A DNA stretch of 64,000 nt, from NCBI GenBank assembly GCA_964629465.1, contig CAZVRE010000006.1, positions 5,615-69,614 on the forward strand. Reading direction: 5' to 3'. A program made the translations under genes and the position numbers. Below, in pieces: positions 18,707-28,638 of the stretch (its first letter is position 1; each line of letters begins with the position of its first letter). This DNA comes from an uncultured Ruminococcus sp. (lineage in GTDB: Bacteria; Bacillota; Clostridia; Oscillospirales; Acutalibacteraceae). The notes under the pieces were generated by a model. That model was not told the DNA's origin. It ran no database searches and worked only from the letters and a program-made list of their open reading frames with translations.

Positions 18707-19663
18707 TTATTTTAATTTTGCGTATAATGATGGCAACAACAACGCAAAAATTCCTTGCAATTTTCTGCCTGTTCCAAACTCTTTACCTGATAAATATGTA
18801 GGCAAATTATTTTTTAAATATTTACGCAATGATTTATAAACCTGCTTGTTATCAATTTTTTCCTTTTTGTATGCACAAATTAGGTTTATCGCCGTATTAC
18901 AAATTTGTTGCTTTGCAATAGTTATCAATTCTTTGTTATCTACGCTATCTTCTATGATTTTTTCATATGTACGAATACTGTTGAAATTCCCCATAGAAAA
19001 GCCACACAACGTCGCAGAATCTCCTCGCTGAAAATAATGATAAACTCTGGTCTGTGGATCAAAGCAAATGTTTTGGCAATATTTTAGATATCTATAAGCA
19101 AAATCCATATCCTCGGTTGTGCCAACATCATCGAGAAATCTTAAATTATGCTGTCTAATAATGCTTAACTTGTATAATTTATTCCATGCAAAGCCACAAA
19201 CATTAGGATAAGACATCAGTGCTTTTTGAGCGTCTAATCTATCCAAAGTTACAAAAGGAGTATTTTTGTTAGCAACAACACTTTCACCACTTTCGTAATC
19301 TACAAAATGACCCACACAAGCCAAATCAGGAGAATATTGGTCGTATATTTCCAAAAGTCGTGCTATATAGTCTGGCTCCACCCAATCATCAGGATCAGGG
19401 AAAATAACATATTCACCTTTTGACACATCAATTCCTGCGTTTCTTGCAGAAGACAATCCACCGTTTTCTTTGTGTACAGTGCGAATTAAATCAGGGTATT
19501 TTTTTGCATAATCGTCGCACATTTCTGCGCTCTCATCTTTTGACCCATCATCAACTAATATAATTTCCATATCGTCTGTTGATTGATTCAAAAGCGTATC
19601 CATACAACGGCACAAATATTTTTCCATATTATATACAGGAACAACAACAGAAACTCGTTTCAT
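18707..19663 (-). CDS. Glycosyltransferase family 2
   Basis: VSVVVPVYNMEKYLCRCMDTLLNQS...VDDGSKDES and PDPDD motifs. Confidence 0.85.
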   Translation of the reverse strand: MKRVSVVVPVYNMEKYLCRCMDTLLNQSTDDMEIILVDDGSKDESAEMCDDYAKKYPDLIRTVHKENGGLSSARNAGIDVSKGEYVIFPDPDDWVEPDYIARLLEIYDQYSPDLACVGHFVDYESGESVVANKNTPFVTLDRLDAQKALMSYPNVCGFAWNKLYKLSIIRQHNLRFLDDVGTTEDMDFAYRYLKYCQNICFDPQTRVYHYFQRGDSATLCGFSMGNFNSIRTYEKIIEDSVDNKELITIAKQQICNTAINLICAYKKEKIDNKQVYKSLRKYLKNNLPTYLSGKEFGTGRKLQGIFALLLPSLYAKLK

Positions 19664-19671
19664 AATTTCTC

Positions 19672-20781
19672 CTATAAATTTTCAAGCATATTTTCAACTG
19701 CTTGCGTAGTTTTTTCTGTGCTGAAAAATTTACCTCTTTCCAAAGCACGCTTTTTATAATCATCAAGCATACCCTGAGTTGTTATCATTTTCTTAATACC
19801 CTCATATAGAGAATCTTCATTATTGTCAGTAACAATACCGTGCTCGTTATTGTCACCAAGCATTTCCTTCATTCCGGAAACTTCAACAGTAACTACAGGT
19901 GTACCTACAATCAACGCCTCTGTTGCAGCAGTACTAAAGCCTTCAGCTACTGATGAACATACAAACATATCACTTGCTTTGAGGTATTTATAAGGGTTTG
20001 TATCGTAACCAAGCAAAACAAAAGTATCCTGCAAATTATTATCCTCAACATATTTTAGGAGGTTTTCTCTCTCAGGGCCTGTACCAAGAACATAAACTCT
20101 CTGCTTAATATCTTCGTCCAATAATCTCTTATGTATCCTTGCTAACTTATCGAAGCCTTTTGATTTTTTCAAAGTTCCTACAGCACAGATATTAACATAA
20201 TCGTCTGATTTGATTTTATCTTGCAACTCCACAGATTTCTCCAAAATCTGAGCAGTTTCATTGGTGTTATACAACACTTCCACTGAATTTTTAACAGGGA
20301 AATTATGCGAAAAATTCGACTTGACATACTCGGACACACAAATTGTTCTGTCAAATTTTGAATAGCAGTTAAGTGCCTCTTTGTAATTTCTAAATGCTTT
20401 GCAAGCAGTTTTGAGGTTATCCTGCTGAACATGAATCCAGCTGACAAGTTTTGTATCTTTGTCATTGCACCCTGCCACAATTCTTGCAGTAGGTCCCTCA
20501 AGATAGGACACTATGATATCATAATGCTCTTTGACATATTTCTTAAAAAGATGTTTAGGAGAAAATAAACAAAAGTACTTTGTATTACCCGGAAAAATCT
20601 TTTTAATACAATACTTTTCTTTAATATGAGGTTTTAAAAATTCACGGTTAACTCCACCACCGAACAATGTTTGAACGGTAATATCATATTTTTCTGGATT
20701 AAGGTTGTTCACTAAATTAACCAAAACCTTCTCTGCACCGCCGTGATCCAAAGTAGGGATCATAAATAATATTTTTTTCAT
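19672..20781 (-). CDS. Glycosyltransferase family 4 (GT-B, group 1)
   Basis: E-x7-E motif region SVAEGFSTAATEALIVGTPVV. N-terminal GGAEKV. Confidence 0.85.
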   Translation of the reverse strand: MKKILFMIPTLDHGGAEKVLVNLVNNLNPEKYDITVQTLFGGGVNREFLKPHIKEKYCIKKIFPGNTKYFCLFSPKHLFKKYVKEHYDIIVSYLEGPTARIVAGCNDKDTKLVSWIHVQQDNLKTACKAFRNYKEALNCYSKFDRTICVSEYVKSNFSHNFPVKNSVEVLYNTNETAQILEKSVELQDKIKSDDYVNICAVGTLKKSKGFDKLARIHKRLLDEDIKQRVYVLGTGPERENLLKYVEDNNLQDTFVLLGYDTNPYKYLKASDMFVCSSVAEGFSTAATEALIVGTPVVTVEVSGMKEMLGDNNEHGIVTDNNEDSLYEGIKKMITTQGMLDDYKKRALERGKFFSTEKTTQAVENMLENL

Positions 20782-20795
20782 TTTTCCTTACTAAT

Positions 20796-21638
20796 TTACT
20801 CCTCGTATTCTTTATTCAAATCAACAAACACCGGATGATGAAACCAAGTTTGATCTTCTTTTGGTGGCAATTTCATATAATCTCCATAAATCTTTGTTAA
20901 TACAGCGTCATAATTACCAAAAGCAGATACTTCCATATCTTCAAATTTAATTTTAACAATATTATCAAATAAGTCAGCGTCAAAATACTTGTTGAGTGAA
21001 GCAAACGTACATGTATCAAAAAGCATTAAATCATTATTATATTTGTATTTAACCACCTTTTTTGATATCTTTTTTGCTAATTTATGATAATATTTTTTAG
21101 GAGTTATTTTTAAAAGCAACTTAGATGCAAGGTTAACCAACGATCCATTTTTAGTTGGGGCAAATTCTCTTGTGAATACCAATGAAAACATTATATTTAA
21201 TTTTTGTTTTTTTCGTTTTAATTTTCCATCTGCTACCCTGTCGAATGGAAAAATATCAACAAAAACACCCTTATGGTATTTTTTTCCTATATCTGTTTCC
21301 TGTACAAAAGCGGTGTTTTTCTTTCTAATCTTTGTAAAGGACTGGAAAAAATCTGCATCTGTATCTTTGTTTTGCAACAAATACATTTCATCATCTTTCC
21401 AAATTGATATAAACTTTTCATAATCAGGTCTTAACATACAGATGTCCAGATCATCATCCCAAGGTATAAAACCACCATGACGAACTGCACCAAGCAAAGA
21501 TCCATAAGCGATTGAATATGTTATTCCATTTTCATTACAAATCTTATCTATTTTTTTCAAAACTTCAAGTTGAGTTAATTGAATCTTTCTAAGACTATCA
21601 TAATTATCGATTTGCGAAAAATCATAATTTGATATCAT
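20796..21638 (-). CDS. LicD family phosphotransferase (phosphocholine/polyol-phosphate transferase family)
   Basis: YSIAYGSLLGAVRHGGFIPWDDDLDICM is the canonical LicD motif. The start overlaps the upstream gene by 4 nt. Confidence 0.85.
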   Translation of the reverse strand: MISNYDFSQIDNYDSLRKIQLTQLEVLKKIDKICNENGITYSIAYGSLLGAVRHGGFIPWDDDLDICMLRPDYEKFISIWKDDEMYLLQNKDTDADFFQSFTKIRKKNTAFVQETDIGKKYHKGVFVDIFPFDRVADGKLKRKKQKLNIMFSLVFTREFAPTKNGSLVNLASKLLLKITPKKYYHKLAKKISKKVVKYKYNNDLMLFDTCTFASLNKYFDADLFDNIVKIKFEDMEVSAFGNYDAVLTKIYGDYMKLPPKEDQTWFHHPVFVDLNKEYEE

Positions 21639-22732
21639 AACCCTATCTCCTCAATTGTTTTGTTAACAACATCTGTTTTATTGAAATTTTTCTTAACAAA
21701 TTCTCTTGCATATTCTCCCATAGACTTTCTTTTTTCATATGGAAGCACAATGAAGTCTTTAATCTTTTTATATAAATCTTCGCCGTCTTTAACATTGCAC
21801 AAAAATCCGTTTTTACCTTCATTAACTGCCTCTAAGCAGCCATGTATATTACTGGTAATTATAGGACGCCCCATCGAGCAAGATTCAAGCAATGTATTTG
21901 ACATACCTTCGTGATAGGAAGGATGTATTATACAATGAGCCTTTTTAATAAAAGGAGTAACATCACTTTGGAAACCATGAAATTCTATGAGCCCTTCGCT
22001 TTGAAGTTGCTCAACAGTTTCTTTATAGTTATCCTCATACCAACCGATAAAGTCAAATGTTGCACTTGGATATTCTTTCTTGATTTTTTTTATGGCATAA
22101 AAAAGTTCGTCCATTCCCTTTTCTTTCATTATTCTACCTACATTCAAGAAATGTACTGCACCATCATCCTCAGGATATTCAGCAAAAGCAAACTCTTCAA
22201 CATTTACTCCTGCGCCTGCCATAACAACCGTTTGCTCAGGTCTTACTATTTTTTCGTTAACAAGGGTATCTCTGTTACCAACATTTTCAAAGAAAATCTT
22301 CTCAGCCTTGTTCATAGAAAACTTATACATAACTGATACGAGTTTTCTCATTAAACCACCATCAGCCATAAATGCAGAACCTAAACCAGTAACATTACAA
22401 TAATGAGGAACTTTACAAGACTTGCAAGCGATAGAACCGTAAATATTAGGTTTTATTGTATAAGTTATGACTTTATCTGGGTTTATCTCTTTTATTAACT
22501 TTTTATAACTTTTTAAAAGAGAAATATCTTTCAAAGGATTCATTCCTCTTCGTTCCATATCAGTTAAAATAACTTTTGAACCATAAGACTCCAGCAAATC
22601 AATTTCTTTTTGCTCGTCAGGTGGTATAGAAATAATCACCTCATGTCCCAGTTCAGCGAGTTTTTTTATCAGTTCTCTTCTGAAAATTCTCAATGTATTG
22701 TAATGATTTGCAAGTATCAATAATTTACTCAC
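21635..22732 (-). CDS. Glycosyltransferase family 4
   Basis: PSYHEGMSNTLLESCSMGRPIITS (E-x7-E). Confidence 0.85.
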   Translation of the reverse strand: MSKLLILANHYNTLRIFRRELIKKLAELGHEVIISIPPDEQKEIDLLESYGSKVILTDMERRGMNPLKDISLLKSYKKLIKEINPDKVITYTIKPNIYGSIACKSCKVPHYCNVTGLGSAFMADGGLMRKLVSVMYKFSMNKAEKIFFENVGNRDTLVNEKIVRPEQTVVMAGAGVNVEEFAFAEYPEDDGAVHFLNVGRIMKEKGMDELFYAIKKIKKEYPSATFDFIGWYEDNYKETVEQLQSEGLIEFHGFQSDVTPFIKKAHCIIHPSYHEGMSNTLLESCSMGRPIITSNIHGCLEAVNEGKNGFLCNVKDGEDLYKKIKDFIVLPYEKRKSMGEYAREFVKKNFNKTDVVNKTIEEIGL

Positions 22733-23654
22733 TCAAAGCACCCTTTACTTTTTCAACTATTTTTTCTGCGCTAATTCCATATTGTTCACGTAGGTAATCT
22801 TGGTTACCAACCTTTGTGCAGTAGCAATCATTTATACCAAGTCTTATTAGTCTTGCCTTGTTAGCACTTTCTGCCATAACCTCTGCCACAGCACTACCAA
22901 ATCCACCTACAATATTGTGCTCCTCAACTGTAACGATAGTGTCGTACTTTTGAGCGCACATTTCGATAACCTCTTTGTCAATAGGTTTTACAGTGTGGAA
23001 ACTATACTGTTCAACACCAATGCCTGCCTCTTCAAGCATATCGCAAGCCTTTGTTGTATCGCAAAGAATTGCGCCGGTAGATAAAATAGCAACTTTCTTT
23101 TTGCAGTCTTTTGCATCACGCATTTTTACTGCTTTGCCAAGTTCAAAATCAATATGGTCAAGAACTCTGCCTTCACCACCACGACCTAAACGAATGTAAC
23201 AAGTACCATCTGTATATGCCGCTGCTTTAATTGCTTCCTCTGCCTCAGTTACATCGCCTGGGCACAAAACAGTTACATCAGGTAACGAACGAAGAATTGC
23301 AATATCTTCAGTAGCGTGATGACTCATACCTAATGAGCCATACACAAAGCCACCACCAACACAGATTACATTAACATTTGCATTATGATATGCACAGTCG
23401 TTTCTGATTTGTTCCAAACAACGTAGTGTTGGGAAATTGCCGATAGAATATGTAAATACTTTTTTACCTTCCAGCGCCATACCTGCAGCAACAGATGTCA
23501 TATTCTGCTCTGCTATACCTGCATCCATAAACTGATTAGGTAATGCTTCCCAATATGGCTTTAATACACCAAATCCTAAATCACCTGTTACAAGTTCAAT
23601 GTCTTTATCTTTTTTACCAAGTTCAATAAGTGTTCTGATTGCAGAATCTCTCAT
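22725..23654 (-). CDS. Transketolase family protein, C-terminal (pyrimidine-binding) subunit
   Basis: 309 aa with FMDAGIAEQNMTSVAAGMALEGK. Its ATG overlaps the stop of the upstream subunit (TAATG). Confidence 0.9.
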   Translation of the reverse strand: MRDSAIRTLIELGKKDKDIELVTGDLGFGVLKPYWEALPNQFMDAGIAEQNMTSVAAGMALEGKKVFTYSIGNFPTLRCLEQIRNDCAYHNANVNVICVGGGFVYGSLGMSHHATEDIAILRSLPDVTVLCPGDVTEAEEAIKAAAYTDGTCYIRLGRGGEGRVLDHIDFELGKAVKMRDAKDCKKKVAILSTGAILCDTTKACDMLEEAGIGVEQYSFHTVKPIDKEVIEMCAQKYDTIVTVEEHNIVGGFGSAVAEVMAESANKARLIRLGINDCYCTKVGNQDYLREQYGISAEKIVEKVKGALSE

Positions 23655-24589
23655 TAGTCAAGACCTCCCATCTTATAATCAGGTTTGAATGTCAAACACA
23701 TCGTGTGGTCATTTCCGTCAGGTTCAGGAGTTGACTCAGGACAACCATCAGGAGTGTATGGGTCAACCACTCCTTCAGGTTTAACTTTATGTAATTCATT
23801 AACAGCACAATTATATTCCCAACCCTCGTGTGGAAAACGATAGTGCCAGAGAATATCCATTTCCATAAAAGATACACCGTTGCCCTTAACAGTATTGGCA
23901 ATAATAACTGTAGGTTTGTCCGTATTTGACTGTGTATCCTTAAGAGCATTTTTCAATGCGTTATGGTCGTGACCGTCAATATCAATTACATTCCAACCAA
24001 ACGCTTCCCAACGCTTTGACATTGGAGTAACCTCTAAAGTTTTGTCGCAATAGTCCATACTTTGCATTTTGTTATGGTCAACGATAGCAACCAAATTATT
24101 AAGTCTGAAGTGATTAGCAAACTCTGCTGCTTCCCACACAGAACCCTCGTTACACTCACCGTCGCCGAGCACAACGAAAACACGGTTATCTTCGTTGCCG
24201 TTCTTCTTCATCGCAAAAGCCATACCTGCACCTGCAGACAAACCGTGTCCCAATGAACCTGTTGAAAAATCTATACCAGGCAAATGGTGAGAAACATGGC
24301 CTGACAAACGACTGCCGTTTGCATAATGAGTTTTTAACTCCTCTGTGTCAAAAAAGCCTGACTCTGCAATTGCTGCATAAATTGCTGCACCTGCGTGACC
24401 CTTTGACAAAATCATTCTATCTCTCTTTTCCCATTTTGGGTTTTTATTATCATACTTCAAGATATCTGCATAAAGCACTGCAATAATATCTGCAACGGAT
24501 AAAATTGCACCAATATGACTTCCACCTGAAAGATGGGTCATTTCGATTCCGTGTCTGCGTATAAGCCACGCTAAAGATTTGCTTGACAT
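23654..24589 (-). CDS. Transketolase family protein, N-terminal (thiamine diphosphate-binding) subunit, with ~45-aa C-terminal extension
   Basis: GGSHIGAILS, SKGHAGAAIYA and the ThDP motif LGDGECNEGSVWEA. The tail PEGVVDPYTPDGCPESTPEPDGNDHTMCLTFKPDYKMGGLD lies beyond the usual end of such subunits. Confidence 0.9.
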   Translation of the reverse strand: MSSKSLAWLIRRHGIEMTHLSGGSHIGAILSVADIIAVLYADILKYDNKNPKWEKRDRMILSKGHAGAAIYAAIAESGFFDTEELKTHYANGSRLSGHVSHHLPGIDFSTGSLGHGLSAGAGMAFAMKKNGNEDNRVFVVLGDGECNEGSVWEAAEFANHFRLNNLVAIVDHNKMQSMDYCDKTLEVTPMSKRWEAFGWNVIDIDGHDHNALKNALKDTQSNTDKPTVIIANTVKGNGVSFMEMDILWHYRFPHEGWEYNCAVNELHKVKPEGVVDPYTPDGCPESTPEPDGNDHTMCLTFKPDYKMGGLD

Positions 24590-24627
24590 ATTTTAACTCC
24601 TTTGCTAACACTTCTTTTTATTTTTTA

Positions 24628-25752
24628 TCAATAAATTTTCCCTATCAATGGGCTCCAATAATACTCCATTCTATTAAGATAGAAGAACAACAACATTACT
24701 ACTGTAAATATAGGCCAAACTATCTTCATCTCATCTTTAGTAAATGAAACACGTAATAAATATGGAATAAAAATCAAGTTGTAAACTTCAGTATATATGG
24801 GCAATCTACCAATAAGAATACCACTTGTAAACATTCCCACAAAATACAATGACGCAGTGATCAGAGACGCATTTATACAAATTTTTAGCATTGAATTTTT
24901 AGGGTAATATTCCTTTATTTTTTCTCTTTTTATAAACGCAAGCACCGGAGGCACTGCATAAAACAATACTCTTATTGGGTTAACTCCATCGTCTTGCGCA
25001 AATTGATCGGTGAATCCAGCATAATCAGTTCCTGATATTGCATCATCAAGGCCATTGAATATAGGTTCTGCAAATATACATATTAGAATAATGGCTATTA
25101 TAAATAATCCGATTTTTTTACTCCACGGTTCACATCTTACAACAAAATAAATGGGTATCATCATAATAGCAGTAATGTGTATTGTAGATAGAAGCAGCAC
25201 CAACAATGCAAACTGTACAAATTTCCCATCCCTTATCCAATCACAAAAAGCAAAAATAACTGCAACACAAATGAACTGGCGCATACCATTCATCATCCAG
25301 GTATAGGTAATCATAGTCATAAATAAGAAAGAACTATAGAAGAAACTCACTGAGTATTTTCTTAGAACCTGCATAACACACAAACCTGACACTATTGCTA
25401 CAAACATCAACCACATTTGAGAGTCTTTTGATATAAAACTTTTGAACAAAACTGCTATAGCATCGAATCCAGGCCTTTTACCACTCCAATTAATTTGAGA
25501 CCACGCTACGGAAAAAGAGTTTGGAATTAAATCAAAAGAATCCTCGTAAGCACCTGTATCTGCAACACGAGTACGCATACCAATCCAGAAAATTAAATAA
25601 CCGAAAGTAAGAAACGCATATAGTAAAGGTACCTTTTTTTGGATACCGTTTTGTATATTGTAATCTAAAAGAAGTACATCTTCTCTATGAGTCAATGAGT
25701 ACAGAATGTAAATAATAGGTACCCATAGAACCATCGACCAATAAATTATCAT
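24628..25752 (-). CDS. EpsG-family / Wzy-type polysaccharide polymerase (integral membrane)
   Basis: 374 aa and polytopic. Size and hydrophobicity pattern are typical of EpsG-like polymerases. The call rests on family resemblance and context only. Confidence 0.65.
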   Translation of the reverse strand: MIIYWSMVLWVPIIYILYSLTHREDVLLLDYNIQNGIQKKVPLLYAFLTFGYLIFWIGMRTRVADTGAYEDSFDLIPNSFSVAWSQINWSGKRPGFDAIAVLFKSFISKDSQMWLMFVAIVSGLCVMQVLRKYSVSFFYSSFLFMTMITYTWMMNGMRQFICVAVIFAFCDWIRDGKFVQFALLVLLLSTIHITAIMMIPIYFVVRCEPWSKKIGLFIIAIILICIFAEPIFNGLDDAISGTDYAGFTDQFAQDDGVNPIRVLFYAVPPVLAFIKREKIKEYYPKNSMLKICINASLITASLYFVGMFTSGILIGRLPIYTEVYNLIFIPYLLRVSFTKDEMKIVWPIFTVVMLLFFYLNRMEYYWSPLIGKIY

Positions 25753-25767
25753 TTAATAACTCCAACT

Positions 25768-26709
25768 TTACCTCGAAATTTCCTCGAGCATTTTAATCTG
25801 TTCGTTTGTTAATGTCCATCCCATAGCCTCTACATTTGAATATAATTGAGCAGGACGTTTAACACCAACTAACACTACTGAATCTTTTAAGTAATCTAAA
25901 ATAAATCTGATTGCAATAGATGGAATTGATTTACCATTTTCTTCTGCAATTTCTTTCATTTTTTCAACTATTTCTAAGTTTTTCTGCAATTTTTCGCCAT
26001 GGAAATTTACGTAAATATCTCTTGAGCGACGGTCATCAGCAGCAAAAATTGTATTTTTGTCGTACTTTCCGGTAAGAATGCCTTGTCCTAAACTACCCCA
26101 AGTCAAAGGTGAAAGAGCAAGTTCCTCCGATAAGTTAATCATATCTTCTTCGTTTTTTCTGCAAGCCAGACTGTATTCGTCCTGAAAACTTACAAACTTG
26201 CCTTTGTGACCTCTTAACTCCTCAATATCTTCTTTGTGAATATTAGAAAGTCCATAATAACGAATATAACCTTTTGTCTTCAACTCTTCCAATGTGCCGA
26301 TAACTTCACTGATAGGTGTTTTGCCATCTCTGTAATGAATTTGATATAAATCAACATAATCAGTTCCAAGTCTTTTAAGAGAGCCTTCAATTGAAGTTCT
26401 TATCCATTCAGGCGAGTTGTCATAATAAGTAGGTTGTCCCTGCTGTGCGTGAACACCAAACTTTGTTGCTATTATTGCTTTGTGTCTGTTTGCACCCAAA
26501 GCCTTGCCCAAGGTAATCTCTGACTGACCCAAACCATAAGTGTCAGCAGTGTCAAAAAAGTTAACCCCACTATCAAGAGCGGCATTAACTGCATCTATAA
26601 GTTCTTGCTCCTGCACATTGGAGCCCCAACCGTATCCTCCCATTGGGCAACCACCCATACAAATGCGTGAAACTTTTAAATCTGAGTTTTTAAGTGTTAT
26701 GTATTCCAT
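25768..26709 (-). CDS. Aldo/keto reductase
   Basis: 313 aa with GVNFFDTADTYG, ATKFG and LYQIHYRD, giving the AKR catalytic D-Y-K-H layout. Confidence 0.9.
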   Translation of the reverse strand: MEYITLKNSDLKVSRICMGGCPMGGYGWGSNVQEQELIDAVNAALDSGVNFFDTADTYGLGQSEITLGKALGANRHKAIIATKFGVHAQQGQPTYYDNSPEWIRTSIEGSLKRLGTDYVDLYQIHYRDGKTPISEVIGTLEELKTKGYIRYYGLSNIHKEDIEELRGHKGKFVSFQDEYSLACRKNEEDMINLSEELALSPLTWGSLGQGILTGKYDKNTIFAADDRRSRDIYVNFHGEKLQKNLEIVEKMKEIAEENGKSIPSIAIRFILDYLKDSVVLVGVKRPAQLYSNVEAMGWTLTNEQIKMLEEISR

Positions 26710-27419
26710 TATGCAACTTCCTTTTCCTTAAAAATAAATCCTAATGCCTTTTTGATTACTCTCCACACAGTTGCAAAGAAAAGGTAAAAATCTGTACCTG
26801 CAGAGATTGTAGCAGCATACTTAATACGAAGTAAATTTTTCTTTTTAAGTACATATTTTTCATAATATTCATCAGCATCCTGGTCGCCTACTATTTCATC
26901 AAGGTTTATAAACTCAAGTGAACTGTAGTCAGTAATACCAGGACGAACCTCAAGTATTAGTTTCTCTGCTCCTTCATAAGCATCAGTATATTTAGTAAGT
27001 TCAGGTCTTGGTCCTATAAAACTCATATCACCTTTTACAATGCTGATTAAATTAGCAACTTCATCAATTTTTGTTTTTCTCAGGAAGTTACCTACTTTGG
27101 TTATTCTACTATCATTAAGAGCAGTTGTGCCACCACCGATTTGATCGGCATTTTGTACCATAGTTCTGAATTTGAAAATTTTAAAAGTTTTGTTCTTATA
27201 TCCGCCTCTATTTGCTCTATAAAAAACAGGGAATCCACTATCAATTACAATAGCAATAGCAACGATTAAAATAACAGGAGATAAAATAATAAGTAAAAGT
27301 AAAGATAAAACTAAATCAACCACTCTTTTAACAAATTTATTATATATACCTCTATAGGCTGAAATCTCTTCAACTTTTACCTCATCAATACTACTGTAAA
27401 TAAAATCTTTGTTTTTCAT
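26709..27419 (-). CDS. Small monotopic phosphoglycosyl transferase (bacterial sugar transferase, PglC/EpsL/WbaP C-domain type); initiating enzyme
   Basis: 236 aa with one N-terminal reentrant helix and motifs KFRTM and SFIGPRPE. Confidence 0.9.
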   Translation of the reverse strand: MKNKDFIYSSIDEVKVEEISAYRGIYNKFVKRVVDLVLSLLLLIILSPVILIVAIAIVIDSGFPVFYRANRGGYKNKTFKIFKFRTMVQNADQIGGGTTALNDSRITKVGNFLRKTKIDEVANLISIVKGDMSFIGPRPELTKYTDAYEGAEKLILEVRPGITDYSSLEFINLDEIVGDQDADEYYEKYVLKKKNLLRIKYAATISAGTDFYLFFATVWRVIKKALGFIFKEKEVA

Positions 27420-27525
27420 AATTTATCCCCTCTCTTAATTCAATTCAGCATATTTTTGCAATTCAATATACCAAATTTATAAGAAGTCGCAATAACGCAC
27501 AATACACCTAATTATAATTACAAAA

Positions 27526-27554
27526 ATTATACCATACAATTATTTAAAAAACAA
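27526..27554 (-). promoter_or_regulatory. Candidate promoter of the glycopolymer operon
   Basis: On the minus strand: TTGTTT (27554-27549), 17-nt spacer, TATAAT (27531-27526), with TGG immediately upstream (extended -10). It sits ~105 nt upstream of the ATG at 27419. Confidence 0.45.
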
Positions 27555-27641
27555 CAATATATAACAAAAATGTATTCTTTTAACTAATATAACACTATGT
27601 TTTTATGTAAAATAACAAATTTATCTTTATTTTTTCAACTC

Positions 27642-27670
27642 TTGACATTTGCCCACATTATGATATAAAT
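27642..27670 (+). promoter_or_regulatory. Candidate promoter for the metallophosphoesterase gene
   Basis: TTGACA (27642-27647), 17-nt spacer, ATAAAT (27665-27670). Confidence 0.45.
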
Positions 27671-27697
27671 AAATTAAATTTATATGGATGTGATATT

Positions 27698-28552
27698 ATG
27701 AAAAAATCCACCAAAATTTTAATATCAATATTACTCATACTCTCTATACTTTTATGTTGTAATATCCTATATTGTGAGAATGTAATAACGTCAAGTTATT
27801 ACAGCATTACAACAGATAAGTTGCACGACTCTGCAAAAATCGTTTTTATCTCTGATTTACATAACAGAGAATATGGCAAAAACAACTCTAAACTTGTTGA
27901 AAAAATCAAAATCGAGGAACCTGATATTATAGCAGTAACTGGAGATATGATATCAAAGACAGATGAAACTTATGATGTTACTATAACTTTACTGAATAGC
28001 CTTGTAGAAATTGCTCCAACATATTACGTTTTGGGAAACCATGAAAAACAATATGAAGATTTAGAATCTTTGATTAACGATATAAAGGAAACTAAAACCA
28101 CATTTTTGGACAACCAAACCGTAACAATCAACTTAGGTAACGATAAAATAAACATTGGTGGTCTTACAGATTATCCTTATTATTCTTTTGATGGACCTGC
28201 CGATCAAATTCCTCATTTTGACAATGATGAGAGCGTTTTCCTTGATAACTTCATAGCCCAAAGCAAAAATCGATTTTCTGTATTACTTGCACATCAGCCT
28301 GAATATTATATGTGGAAGTTAAAATACATGGACATTGATTTGATGCTGTGTGGTCACACTCACGGTGGACTCCTAAGCATTCCGTTTATAGGTGGCTTGT
28401 ATGCTCCCAACCAAGGCTTCTTCCCTGAATATTCAAAGGGTTACTACAGTTCAGACACTGCGCAAATGATAATAACAGGTGGATTGGGTAACAGTATTTT
28501 TGTGCCACGAATCAATAATCAAGTGGAAATTTCGATTGTACAAATCAACTAA
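27698..28552 (+). CDS. Membrane-anchored metallophosphoesterase (calcineurin-like)
   Basis: Motifs ISDLHN, GDM, GNHE and GHTHGG. N-terminal TM helix. Confidence 0.85.
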   Translation: MKKSTKILISILLILSILLCCNILYCENVITSSYYSITTDKLHDSAKIVFISDLHNREYGKNNSKLVEKIKIEEPDIIAVTGDMISKTDETYDVTITLLNSLVEIAPTYYVLGNHEKQYEDLESLINDIKETKTTFLDNQTVTINLGNDKINIGGLTDYPYYSFDGPADQIPHFDNDESVFLDNFIAQSKNRFSVLLAHQPEYYMWKLKYMDIDLMLCGHTHGGLLSIPFIGGLYAPNQGFFPEYSKGYYSSDTAQMIITGGLGNSIFVPRINNQVEISIVQIN

Positions 28553-28638
28553 TTTAATATTTTTTTAATTTTTCTATAGATTATTTCAGAAAAATAGTGT
28601 AGAATACCAGTAGATATAAAAGAATTGGGGTGGTTAAT

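Noticed and set aside
28553-28638. Looked for an M-box (Mg2+) riboswitch upstream of corA
   Set aside because: The intergenic region is under 90 nt and AT-rich with no conserved helices, which is too short for an M-box.
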